A stretch of 62,956 nucleotides of DNA, the filler included, from Octopus bimaculoides (Eukaryota): assembly GCF_001194135.2 (NCBI RefSeq). It is 4 parts of 4 records of this genome, joined end to end, with 100 filler letters (N's around TTAATTAATTAA, not from the genome) between each part and the next. Parts side by side here need not be neighbours in the genome. Positions count along the whole stretch, not along the records: positions 11,500 to 26,005 come from NC_068982.1; 3 more parts are not named here. One strand, written 5' to 3'. The position numbers were made by a program, and so were the translations under genes. This document shows positions 11,670-23,388 of this stretch, piece after piece. The notes beneath the pieces are model-generated. The model made no database searches, was not told the DNA's origin, and saw only the letters and a list, made by a program, of their open reading frames with translations. Positions within the stretch are counted from its first letter, which is position 1, and each line of letters opens with the position of its first letter.

Positions 11670-11686
11670 AACTTGAACTGCGATAC

Positions 11687-11729
11687 GTACGGACTCGAGC
11701 TTCTGGGTATTTACCCGTCCTCAGCGTAC
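11687..11729 (-). ncRNA. Minimal type I hammerhead motif (GAAG variant of GAAA)
   Basis: Minus strand: GTACG-CTGAGGA-c-GGGT-aaat-ACCC-a-GAAG-CTCGAG-TC-CGTAC. Perfect 5-bp stem I, palindromic stem III, GUC cleavage triplet. Confidence 0.7.
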
Positions 11730-12040
11730 GGCAATCGCCGACCTTCGATGCGAAAGATTTCCCGATGCAAATACATATATCTTTTTCCAGTGAAATTATT
11801 CACGGCGGTGCATCAGCATGGCCGCATCTCTAAGCTGAAACTATAAACAACAATAAACAACAATAGATATATACATATATATATATACATATATATATAT
11901 ATATGTATATGGGATAGATTCTTGGGGTGAAGTGTTTGAATTTACTAGCCGATAAATTTTGTGAATGCCTTCCTCATGTGTTTTTGATGTCGCATGGTCA
12001 AATCCCCATGAGTATATGGACACTTTCAAATTTATCGTAC

Positions 12041-12102
12041 ATCATGCTGATGATCGGAGAAGAGTAGCTTTATACTCTTAACCGTGAAACGTCGTACATG
12101 AT
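12041..12102 (+). ncRNA. Minimal type I hammerhead motif
   Basis: ATCATG-CTGATGA-t-CGG-..AAGAGTA..TACTCTT..-CCG-t-GAAA-CGTCG-TA-CATGAT. Stem I has 6 bp; U-U mismatch at 10.1/11.1. Confidence 0.75.
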
Positions 12103-12921
12103 TAACTAAAGGCAGGTTTGTTTTTGCTTTTCTCTTCTGTTTTTGTTCTGTGTGTGCCATAAATATCGCCATCCGTTAGAGAAAAAATTTGTTGTTTGGA
12201 ATCAGTAGTTCTTTGACTGCTATTTCTAAATTTTCAGTATGTTGGTGAAGCAATTCATGCTGATCCCTATATATTTATGATTATAAATGTTTTTACTGAT
12301 AAAGGTTTTTTCATACTGAACTACTTGGCAAAATTGTTAATTATTAATTTTATTACTAATTGGCAATTCCCTGCCCTATATCTGTATATATATATATATA
12401 TATGTAGATACTCAAATTAAAACATAGGTCGTGGCAGATTGTATACATATATATATATTTTTATATGTATNNNNNNNNNNNNNNNNNNNNNNNNNNNNNN
12501 NNNNNNNNNNNNNNNNNNNNNNNNNNNNNNNNNNNNNNNNNNNNNNNNNNNNNNNNNNNNNNNNNNNNNNNNNNNNNNNNNNNNNNNNNNNNNNNNNNNN
12601 NNNNNNNNNNNNNNNNNNNNNNNNNNNNNNNNNNNNNNNNNNNNNNNNNNNNNNNNNNNNNNNNNNNNNNNNNNNNNNNNNNNNNNNNNNNNNNNNNNNN
12701 NNNNNNNNNNNNNNNNNNNNNNNNNNNNNNNNNNNNNNNNNNNNNNNNNNNNNNNNNNNNNNNNNNNNNNNNNNNNNNNNNNNNNNNNNNNNNNNNNNNN
12801 NNNNNNNNNNNNNNNNNNNNNNNNNNNNNNNNNNNNNNNNNNACATTTGATTTTTATCATTACGTTGTAATTTGCAGAACCATATACACGTTCGATTGTG
12901 AGAATTATAATTTCCTTGCAG

Positions 12922-12983
12922 TCGTGCTGAAGAGGGACAGATATTCTCGGTAGGAGAATTTTAATTCCGAAACCTGTGCACGA
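12922..12983 (+). ncRNA. Hammerhead motif, probably inactive (G at position 17)
   Basis: TCGTG-CTGAAGA-GGGA-..ATTCTC-ggtag-GAGAAT..-TTCC-GAAA-CCTG-TG-CACGA. Confidence 0.6.
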
Positions 12984-13158
12984 ATAACAATGTTTTATTT
13001 TATATATGTAATTTGCACTGTCTTGACCGCATATGGTTTGGTATTTCGCTGAATTTCTTTTGAGAACTATTAGGTTTTAGCAGACACAACATGTGATCTT
13101 CTTGTAGCACATTAAATGTCCACTTTAGTGGTCATCGTTATATATAAACATATATATG

Positions 13159-13212
<54 letters not shown>

Positions 13213-13439
13213 TGAAGATTATTTAGACACACTCACACAAACACACATGTATATATGTATATTTATATTGCTACTGTATCTGAGTTTGTCTTGCGTCCCG
13301 AGTGCCAAGCAACTGCGATCATGAAGCGAAGCAGTTGATAAAATTCGGATCGCTAGATCAACTCTCACTTTCAAGAAAATAAGGCTTTCTTTCGGCAGAA
13401 ATCGACATACGCGTGCTTGTGTTAGCGTGTGTATAAATA

Positions 13440-13525
<86 letters not shown>

Positions 13526-13790
13526 TACATACATATACATATATATAGCAGTACAGGTATGGTAGAAGACCTTTACAAAAGACTTTAGGCTTGGAATGAC
13601 CAGGTATAAATACCGTTGGAACTCACTTCCCAAGGTACAGAGAACTTATAAATATATACACCATTCTGCTTAAATAATGGAACTGCAGATACAATATCCT
13701 TACGTATCTCATGTCTTTTCCATTCCTCCACTTCACTCTGTATTTTATATCTTCTCTATAATAGCTATTGCTTAACCATTTTCTCGCACC

Positions 13791-13838
13791 GTCTCCGATG
13801 AAGGGATACATAAAATATGCCGTAAACAACTGTAAGAC
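13791..13838 (+). ncRNA. Degenerate hammerhead relic
   Basis: GTCT-CCGATGA-AGGG...GCC-GTAAA-CAACTG-TA-AGAC. Core is mutated; stem I is GTCT/AGAC. Confidence 0.45.
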
Positions 13839-15109
13839 CTCTTTATAAATGTTCTAAAATCATGTATGTATATACATGAGTACTGTTTTTGTCTCCGAAC
13901 TACCACGCACAAGAGCACCACAGGCTACGGTAGAAGACGTTTACTCAGAGTGCAAACGGAAATACTTATCTGCTCATTTTCTCCTATGCCCCAAGACTTG
14001 TTTTTGTCTTTGTACATTTGTTTTTATTTGGGATTTTATATTTAATGACGATAAAAGTCATTTCTTAAATATGTAGACCTATGTTCGTTAAGCTGTTGAA
14101 ATTATTTGAATTATCAGTGAAAAGTCTTCTGCAGAATAGTGAATACCGTCTTCTTATAATTAGTATAAATTAGATATTCAGCGAATAGTCTGTTCAATTA
14201 GGAACTAACCTAATACAGAATGCGCAACGTAATAGATTTGCGTAACTGTAAATTGCGAGTATTTGGGTTAATATGGAAAATTATGTCGACTTGCGATAGC
14301 AATGGAGACTAATTTGAAAAAGTTGGAAATTTATATTATATGGTATTTTTATGATACCCGATTTGATATATAGAGTGTAACTATAACAATATTTATATTA
14401 TGACAATTAAGTGGTTAGAGTGCAATCACATTTAGAGTAAACGCTGTCCACCAATATCAAGCTATGATTTTGGCATGATTAATCACCTAGATCTTTCATA
14501 TTGTGAGAAAAATATATTAGGCAGGAATGATGACGATCTATCACATTTAACCGACTGATATAGAATTATCTTTTATGTTGTATTGAATTAAACGTAGCTT
14601 GTTTTTTTCTAATGCTATCAATTGAGAGGATGAAGCATGATTGTGGTGTATCACGTACTTAACATATTACAAACGTTGTCTATAGTAACGAAAACTATTT
14701 CCCTTTGATCCACAATTGTAAAGCTAAATTTGATGGATGGGAAATTTTAGTTATTTATTCCTAAACATATATTTTTTATTGCAAATTCAATTTCGTAACA
14801 GCAGGGTTCTGCTTAGAATGAATATTTTTTAATTAAGTAGATTTTAGAGTTGCTTTGTTGTATTGGCAAGATTTTTTATATGAAGTGTAAATACGGAACC
14901 AGATTGACATTGCATTTGAAGTAATTTCAATAGATTTACCTCTCTAGAAATCCTTGAGTAGATATTGATGAAACAATGGAAACGTTTCCTACTTGCCTTT
15001 ACTCATCACATAACCCATAGCCTCTTATAATTGCGCTCAGTACTTCTGTTGTACGGAGCTCAATATCTATGATATTTACGCAAGGCTTCACTCCAGGAAA
15101 CCTTACCAA

Positions 15110-15900
15110 ACACAGCTGTTTTATTCTTGCAAATTTTGAAATTTTATATTTAATTTGCATCCAACGTTACCATCACAGACACACAGCTGACAATTATCTT
15201 TGAAGTTGCATTTCCTCAGATTAGATTCGGCACTGTGGTTGCTTGTAATAACTTTCGTGTTTTGCTAATTAATAAAAGAGGCGAAGATTTCACAATAAGA
15301 ATAGCTAACTTTCAGTGTTCTCCTTTTAAAAACTCTATAGAAGTTATAGCTAGATTGAAAATGTTTAGAAACTAATTTTAAGAATGTAAAGAATAAAAAG
15401 TTTTGAATGGTACAACAATGCACTATAATACAAAAAATGGACTATATACCTGTTGTAATTTAGTTATCTATAGTCCGATGATATTTCGGAATACAATTCC
15501 TTCTTCAGATATAATCTTTTCTTTTTTCAGAAGCGTCTCAGTAGTGGTCTCACGAAGCTCCTTCCGGAATTCCTCATATATTAGTTTTTACGGCAATATT
15601 AAATGCGGTGTTAAACTACAAAACTTTCCTAGTTCTAGTGCTGCGTGGTCTATTATTGTTAGAATTAGTTTGACTATATTGGATCTTCTCCGAGAATCCA
15701 CTTTTCCTTAACCTATTATTATACGGCGCGGAATTTTGAAATGCTGTCTCATCTGAAGAAATTGATGATATTCGCCTTTTTACATTAATAACTAGGTTCT
15801 TAAGAATTACGTGTGGATGATTAGATTCTTTGCTAATATAACATAGCTTATCATTGGGCTTATGGTAGGGTTTAAATTTATCTAATTGCAAATCTAAGTT
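15110..15900 (-). mobile_element. Penelope-like element relic (RT C-terminus/linker to start of GIY-YIG), inverted relative to the adjacent copy
   Basis: ORF 15616-15891 FKPYHKPNDKLCYISKESNHP...RRISSISS is a typical PLE RT C-terminus. Segment 15110-15390 is the reverse complement of ~16135-16420. About 190 bp at 15395-15580 is unrelated sequence. Confidence 0.8.
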
Positions 15901-15974
15901 ATTAAGGTTACTTTCTATTGTAATCCGTAAGCCTATAATTTGGAAGAAAGTAATCAGATTCTTCCTACCTTTAT

Positions 15975-16758
15975 CTAACTAATGCATTAAGGAAAAGTGG
16001 ATACTCGAAGATGATCCAGTATAGTCAATCAAATTCTAACAATAACAGACCACGTAGAACTAGAACTAGGAATGTTTTGTGGTTTAACCACGCATTTAAT
16101 AGTGCTGTAAAAAACTAATATAGGTAGGGGATTCTTAAAATTATTTTGTAAGCATTTTCAATCTAGCCATAAGTTCTATGGAGTTTTTAAAAGGAGAACA
16201 CTGAAGGTTAGCTATTCTTGTTGCAAAAACTTCGTCTGTTTTATAAATCAGCAGAACACGAAAATTATTACAAACAACCACAGTGCCAAATCTAACCTGA
16301 GGAACTGTAACTTCAAAGGTAAGACTTGCTGTCCGTTGGAAGGTAAATGTTTTGAAAAAGGAATTGTTTATAGAGCTAAAATGCAAGTAAATGGCTCGCA
16401 AGAAAATAAAATTTACATGGGGGCTTCGGAAAATTCATTCAAGACTCGATTCTATTCGCCCCGAAATTATTTCCCATACCTCGAGAATAGGACGGCAACT
16501 AGTCTTGCAAAGCATGTCTGGGATTTGAAAGAGAACGACACCCATCCTTTCAATGTAACCTGGGATATTCTAGAAAAAATATCATCATACAGACATGAAT
16601 CTTATAACAAAACCATGAAATGTAATCTTTGCCTCTTAGAAAAGTTCTTCATCCTGGTCAAGAATAAACATGCTTTGAACCAGAGACGTGAGCTCTTAAA
16701 TTCCTGTAGTCACGCTGTGATGGTTAAAATGTCAACCGATAAAATACCGTATGGGTAA
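15975..16758 (+). mobile_element. Penelope-like element relic: linker plus GIY-YIG endonuclease
   Basis: RNVLWFN..FNSAV (+1 frameshift in the A-run at ~16090), then LKVSYSCCKN...CCPLEGKCFEKGIVYRA...KIYMGASENSFKTRF...CNLCLLEK. Confidence 0.9.
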
Positions 16759-17133
16759 AATGTTTTGAGTTTCGGAAAATTTTAACTGTCGCATTTGAAT
16801 TAGACATTACACATTATAGTTATCTTGAATTGCAATGCTAGTGCATATTTCGACTTTACTTTTACGAAACCTTCGACTGTTTTACAAATTTAAGCTTCAG
16901 TTCCGACGAGGTTTATTTTTATTGATCAGCCTCGCATTAATCATGTTATATTAATTTATTGTGAAATTTATGGTGCAATATCCCTATTTTAACATTTTAA
17001 TATTATATATACCAGACAGTATCTTAAAACGTTTGTGTACATACGTTATGATGTATATATTTATCTTGATGTGAAGATATGTCTCTCTATGTATTGCAGG
17101 TGCGTGTATGTATGTATAGGTATGTGTGGGTAC

Positions 17134-17185
<52 letters not shown>

Positions 17186-17643
17186 NNNNNNNNNNNNNNN
17201 NNNNNNNNNNNNNNNNNNNNNNNNNNNNNNNNNNNNNNNNNNNNNNNNNNNNNNNNNNNNNNNNNNNNNNNNNNNNNNNNNNNNNNNNNNNNNNNNNNNN
17301 NNNNNNNNNNNNNNNNNNNNNNNNNNNNNNNNNNNNNNNNNNNNNNNNNNNNNNNNNNNNNNNNNNNNNNNNNNNNNNNNNNNNNNNNNNNNNNNNNNNN
17401 NNNNNNNNNNNNNNNNNNNNNNNNNNNNNNNNNNNNNNNNNNNNNNNNNNNNNNNNNNNNNNNNNNNNNNNNNNNNNNNNNNNNNNNNNNNNNNNNNNNN
17501 NNNNNNNNNNNNNNNNNNNNNNNNNNNNNNNNNNNNNNNNNNNNNNNNNNNNNNNNNNNNNNNNNNNNNNNNNNNNNNNNNNNNNNNNNNNNNNNNNNNN
17601 NNNNNNNNNNNNNNNNNNNNNNNNNNNATATATATATATATAT

Positions 17644-18387
17644 ATAGACGATAACAAAATGGAGGAAAAACAACAATAAGAAGTGTGTCTTTCGTGCTAA
17701 AAGGCCATTCATTAATTAGTTAAGCAATGTGAGAATAAGAGTAAGTTTATATCTGTTTCTGTGTACTATGCTGAGGTAAATATGTATTTACCTCGTTGCA
17801 AATGGTTGACATCATCATAACGAAGAAGTCAGAGATAGACAAAGAGGAGAAAGGAGCAAAAGATAGAGGGAGAAACCGTAAAAGAAAATGTTGAATGAAT
17901 CGGACGTCTTACATTTTAGTTAGGTTCAAAAGTTCATTAAATCCATTGTGAAGTAGATGAAGAATAGAGGTTGGTTGAATCTATGGTCTTGTAGTTAGTT
18001 ATTAGCATGACTTCTACGTGTCAGACTAATAACTAACAACAAGACTTTAGATTCAACTAACCTCTATTCTTCATCTACCTCACAATGGATTTAATGAACT
18101 TTGAACCTAACTAAAATGTAAGACGTCCGATTCATTCAACATTTTTGTTTACGGTTTATCCCTCTATCTTTCGCTCTATTCTCCTCTTTGTCTATCTCTG
18201 CCTTCGTTCTGATGATGTCAACAATTTATTTTCAGCGAGGTAAATACATATTTACCTCAGCATAGTACACAGAAACACCTGTAAACTCACTCTTACTCTC
18301 ACCTTGCTTAACTAATTAAAAAATAACTTTTTAGCACGAAAGACACACTTCCCATTCTTTTTTTCCCTCCATTTTCTAATCGTCTAT
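17644..18387. mobile_element. 744-bp foldback (palindromic) MITE in (TA)n context
   Basis: ATAGACGAT...ATCGTCTAT termini. Arms of ~360 bp are reverse complements with scattered mismatches around a centre near 18015. Confidence 0.9.
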
Positions 18388-18556
18388 GCATACATTAAAC
18401 TACGGCTTACCATTTTAATTACCTGCTGTTGTATACCTTATAACAAGGAGCATATTTACTGAGGTAATTACCAAGTGTGCCTTTGGTTACTTTAGATAGT
18501 TTAAACACATCTAACTTATACCTTATACACGCACACACACACACACACACACACAC

Positions 18557-18590
<34 letters not shown>

Positions 18591-18595
<5 letters not shown>

Positions 18596-18773
18596 GTAGT
18601 ATATTGCCACTTAAGTGTGGCTGACCCCTAGGGGTGGATGTTACTGTTGCTTTTAGCCCCAGGAGGACATCTCCTCCAGCTGGCTTATCGACACACGACT
18701 GTGTCCTGTTTGCCAAGGGAGTTATCCCTCTCACCTCGACCAGCAGCACTTAAGTGGCAATATACTACACTTT
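18591..18773 (+). mobile_element. 183-bp MITE with perfect 27-bp TIRs carrying the structured module (copy 3)
   Basis: AAAGTGTAGTATATTGCCACTTAAGTG (18591-18617) and CACTTAAGTGGCAATATACTACACTTT (18747-18773), flanked by TA repeats. Confidence 0.9.
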
Positions 18774-19996
18774 ATNNNNNNNNNNNNNNNNNNNNNNNNN
18801 NNNNNNNNNNNNNNNNNNNNNNNNNNNNNNNNNNNNNNNNNNNNNNNNNNNNNNNNNNNNNNNNNNNNNNNNNNNNNNNNNNNNNNNNNNNNNNNNNNNN
18901 NNNNNNNNNNNNNNNNNNNNNNNNNNNNNNNNNNNNNNNNNNNNNNNNNNNNNNNNNNNNNNNNNNNNNNNNNNNNNNNNNNNNNNNNNNNNNNNNNNNN
19001 NNNNNNNNNNNNNNNNNNNNNNNNNNNNNNNNNNNNNNNNNNNNNNNNNNNNNNNNNNNNNNNNNNNNNNNNNNNNNNNNNNNNNNTATATATATATATA
19101 TATGGGGGGTGCATATATTTGTGCATATATTTATTTGTTTATTTGTATGCGCGTCTATATGCGTGTTTATTTGTATTTTATTAGTGCCTTTTTATATGTG
19201 TCTGATTCGCAATCCGAATGAAGTATCTAACTTTCGTTAGATAATTATAGGAACGCTAATTATTTCATTGTCAGTACCACTGTCTCTTTTTCACTTTCTC
19301 TCTCTGTAATTTTCTGTTTCTTTTTCTTTTATATCTTTTTCTTCATTTTCTCTTTTTCTTTCTCCCCACCCCTGTTATTCTTTGTTTTTTTTCCTTTTCA
19401 TTCTTTCGCCTGTAACAACTAAGTTGTATAAGCATAAACCAGGAGGTTTTGTGTGCATGCGTGTGTGCGCGTGCACACATAATATGCATTTTTATATATC
19501 TTTTAATTTATTAATTTACTATTATTTTTAGAGCTAATTATTTACCCAGGGTATTCAGGCATTTTTCCTTCTTCATAAGCTATTCTCGATTTGGGTTGGG
19601 TTTTTTTTCGATTTTTATAATAATATGATTTGAAACCACAATTTGTTATTTCATGCAACCTGTTAGTGAAGAGACCGTTAGTTGAAAGAAGCAATGAAGC
19701 AAAACCATTTTCTAATGTGTATCTATCGAAGTAATTGTATTTCTGCATACAACTTTATCTTGTTTCATTCTAAACAAAATAGTCCGACGAACGGCAACGT
19801 GAAACTCTGGGCAACAGTTTTTGTTATATATTTGCTACTTTTTAACAAAGCCTATACTACACCTCTGATATTCAAGGAGTACGATTTTTTCTACCTTGCT
19901 TCGCATTTATGTTCTTAATCTGGCATATGTATATATATAAAGATAAGCTTACTTTGAAATGGATGCGTGGCGTTCAATCAAATAATGATATAAATA

Positions 19997-20061
<65 letters not shown>

Positions 20062-20425
20062 CGCACACACACGCACACACATATATATATATAAAAGAAA
20101 TAACTGAGATTCAGTTGAATTAGGCACTTAAGTTGAAGCACCAAGTCACCAAGTTCAAGCATCAGGCACGGACAATATAATATATNNNNNNNNNNNNNNN
20201 NNNNNNNNNNNNNNNNNNNNNNNNNNNNNNNNNNNNNNNNNNNNNNNNNNNNNNNNNNNNNNNNNNNNNNNNNNNNNNNNNNNNNNNNNNNNNNNNNNNN
20301 NNNNNNNNNNNNNNNNNNNNNNNNNNNNNNNNNNNNNNNNNNNNNNNNNNNNNNNNNNNNNNNNNNNNNNNNNNNNNNNNNNNNNNNNNNNNNNNNNNNN
20401 NNNNNNNNNNNNNNNNNNNNNNNNN

Positions 20426-20473
<48 letters not shown>

Positions 20474-20474
20474 T

Positions 20475-20712
20475 ATATGGGTACATGACGTCTCCAGCAG
20501 TAAACAACATGAATTACGAAGAGAAATGAGTCCAATACGGAAAGAACGAGAGACGCAAATGGAAAACAGGACACGTAACACAAGGAACGACCCTTCATCG
20601 ATTGTCGGCTGCCTATCTACTCATTTCAAGCATTGAAAGACAATATGAGTCTTCGAAGATAGTTGCTCCCGTAAATACTAAAATAAAATCTGGAATTTAT
20701 AGAGGATCAAAG
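20475..20712 (-). repeat. Partial copy of a TA-microsatellite-associated repeat
   Basis: Reverse complement aligns by eye to 22030-22265. Confidence 0.75.
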
Positions 20713-21154
20713 TTGGAAACAAAAGCAGGACACTGGAGACATACAAGGAAACCGGAAGAAACAATCATGGAGGGTCGTTAGACCAGAACGCAGGTAAAAT
20801 AGGGAACGCTGGAGAAATATTTCCTTCAACAAGAGAAAAGATAGAATGGAGAGATGGGATATGTCCAGTCCTTAGGTCAGTCTTGAAAGAAAAGGAAGAT
20901 GATCACGTGAGGAAAAGAAAAATGGACGATGGTCACGTGTGAGCAACGAGAGAGAGAGAGAGAGAGAAAAGGAGAAAGAGAGGGAGAGAGAAAAATAGAA
21001 AACGGTGAAGAAGAGAAAAGGGAATTGGAGAAAAGGATGAGAGAGAAAACGATGGGGGAGAAAACATTATAGAGTATAGTCGCATCAAAAAGATGAAGGT
21101 AAACATACTTGGAAATGGATGCGTGGCGTTTAATCAAATAATAATATATATAAT

Positions 21155-21185
<31 letters not shown>

Positions 21186-21888
21186 NNNNNNNNNNNNNNN
21201 NNNNNNNNNNNNNNNNNNNNNNNNNNNNNNNNNNNNNNNNNNNNNNNNNNNNNNNNNNNNNNNNNNNNNNNNNNNNNNNNNNNNNNNNNNNNNNNNNNNN
21301 NNNNNNNNNNNNNNNNNNNNNNNNNNNNNNNNNNNNNNNNNNNNNNNNNNNNNNNNNNNNNNNNNNNNNNNNNNNNNNNNNNNNNNNNNNNNNNNNNNNN
21401 NNNNNNNNNNNNNNNNNNNNNNNNNNNNNNNNNNNNNNNNNNNNNNNNNNNNNNNNNNNNNNNNNNNNNNNNNNNNNNNNNNNNNNNNNNNNNNNNNNNN
21501 NNNNNNNNNNNNNNNNNNNNNNNNNNNNNNNNNNNNNNNNNNNNNNNNNNNNNNNNNNNNNNNNNNNNNNNNNNNNNNNNNNNNNNNNNNNNNNNNNNNN
21601 NNNNNNNNNNNNNNNNNNNNNNNNNNNNNNNNNNNNNNNNNNNNNNNNNNNNNNNNNNNNNNNNNNNNNNNNNNNNNNNNNNNNNNNNNNNNNNNNNNNN
21701 NNNNNNNNNNNNNNNNNNNNNNNNNNNNNNNNNNNNNNNNNNNTTAACAGAACGAGATAAAATTTCAGAACATTTATAAATAGTAGGTCTTACAGCTGTT
21801 TCCGGTATATATATATATATATATATACAAATATATGTATGTATGTATATATAAATATATATATTTATATATATATCTATACATATAC

Positions 21889-21923
<35 letters not shown>

Positions 21924-21965
21924 TACACACACACATATATATATATATATATTTATTTATTTATT

Positions 21966-22006
<41 letters not shown>

Positions 22007-22021
22007 ATGTATATATATAAA

Positions 22022-22454
22022 TTTACAAATTTGACCCTCCATAAATCACAAAATTTTTTGGGTATTTATGGGAGCAACTGTCTTCGAAGACGCATATTGT
22101 CGTTCAATGCTCGAAATGAGGAGTAGATCAAAAGCCCACAAATAATAAAGGGGCGTTCTTTGTGTTACTTGTTCTGTTTTCCATTTGTTTTTTCTCGTTG
22201 TTTGTGTATTGAAAACATTTCGTTTCATATTTCATGTTGTTTCCTGTTGGTGACGTCCTGCACGCATATATGCATGTGTGTATATATTCAATTTTTTTTC
22301 TCCGTGTTTTTCTCCTTGTCTCCGTATTCTTTCTGTTGAAGAGCGTAGCTCGAAACGTCAAAGACTTTCCGTATTCCCGAGCGTCATACTAATACATCCA
22401 TTTGTTATTTACACCACCTGTCCTCGTCTGTTGTTGTTTTTTCGTATATTCTCC

Positions 22455-22455
<1 letters not shown>
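22022..22455 (+). repeat. ~430-bp repeat between two (TA)n tracts, containing a hammerhead-like motif at 22328-22364
   Basis: Homologous to 20475-20712. Motif TTTCTGTTGAAGAGCGTAGCTCGAAACGT recurs inverted at 50568-50596. Confidence 0.65.
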
Positions 22456-22490
<35 letters not shown>

Positions 22491-23343
22491 NNNNNNNNNN
22501 NNNNNNNNNNNNNNNNNNNNNNNNNNNNNNNNNNNNNNNNNNNNNNNNNNNNNNNNNNNNNNNNNNNNNNNNNNNNNNNNNNNNNNNNNNNNNNNNNNNN
22601 NNNNNNNNNNNNNNNNNNNNNNNNNNNNNNNNNNNNNNNNNNNNNNNNNNNNNNNNNNNNNNNNNNNNNNNNNNNNNNNNNNNNNNNNNNNNNNNNNNNN
22701 NNNNNNNNNNNNNNNNNNNNNNNNNNNNNNNNNNNNNNNNNNNNNNNNNNNNNNNNNNNNNNNNNNNNNNNNNNNNNNNNNNNNNNNNNNNNNNNNNNNN
22801 NNNNNNNNNNNNNNNNNNNNNNNNNNNNNNNNNNNNNNNNNNNNNNNNNNNNNNNNNNNNNNNNNNNNNNNNNNNNNNNNNNNNNNNNNNNNNNNNNNNN
22901 NNNNNNNNNNNNNNNNNNNNNNNNNNNNNNNNNNNNNNNNNNNNNNNNNNNNNNNNNNNNNNNNNNNNNNNNNNNNNNNNNNNNNNNNNNNNNNNNNNNN
23001 NNNNNNNNNNNNNNNNNNNNNNNNNNNNNNNNNNNNNNNNNNNNNNNNNNNNNNNNNNNNNNNNNNNNNNNNNNNNNNNNNNNNNNNNNNNNNNNNNNNN
23101 NNNNNNNNNNNNNNNNNNNNNNNNNNNNNNNNNNNNNNNNNNNNNNNNNNNNNNNNNNNNNNNNNNNNNNNNNNNNNNNNNNNNNNNNNNNNNNNNNNNN
23201 NNNNNNNNNNNNNNNNNNNNNNNNNNNNNNNNNNNNNNNNNNNNNNNNNNNNNNNNNNNNNNNNNNNNNNNNNNNNNNNNNNNNNNNNNNNNNNNNNNNN
23301 NNNNNNNNNNNNNNNNNNNNNNNNNNNNNNNNNNNNNNNNNNN

Positions 23344-23388
<45 letters not shown>

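Noticed and set aside
16885-16945. CCGACGAGG...CCTCGCATT downstream of the GIY-YIG ORF
   Set aside because: Right place for a pLTR hammerhead, but both core strands are mutated and there is no stem I or III; too decayed to call.
18618-18729. Assigning the structured module to HDV-like, twister or pistol ribozymes
   Set aside because: Partial resemblances exist (AGCCCC-A-GG; GTTGCTTTTAGCCCC), but the required strand order, L3/P1.1, the L4 position and the AAA linker are missing or not conserved across copies.
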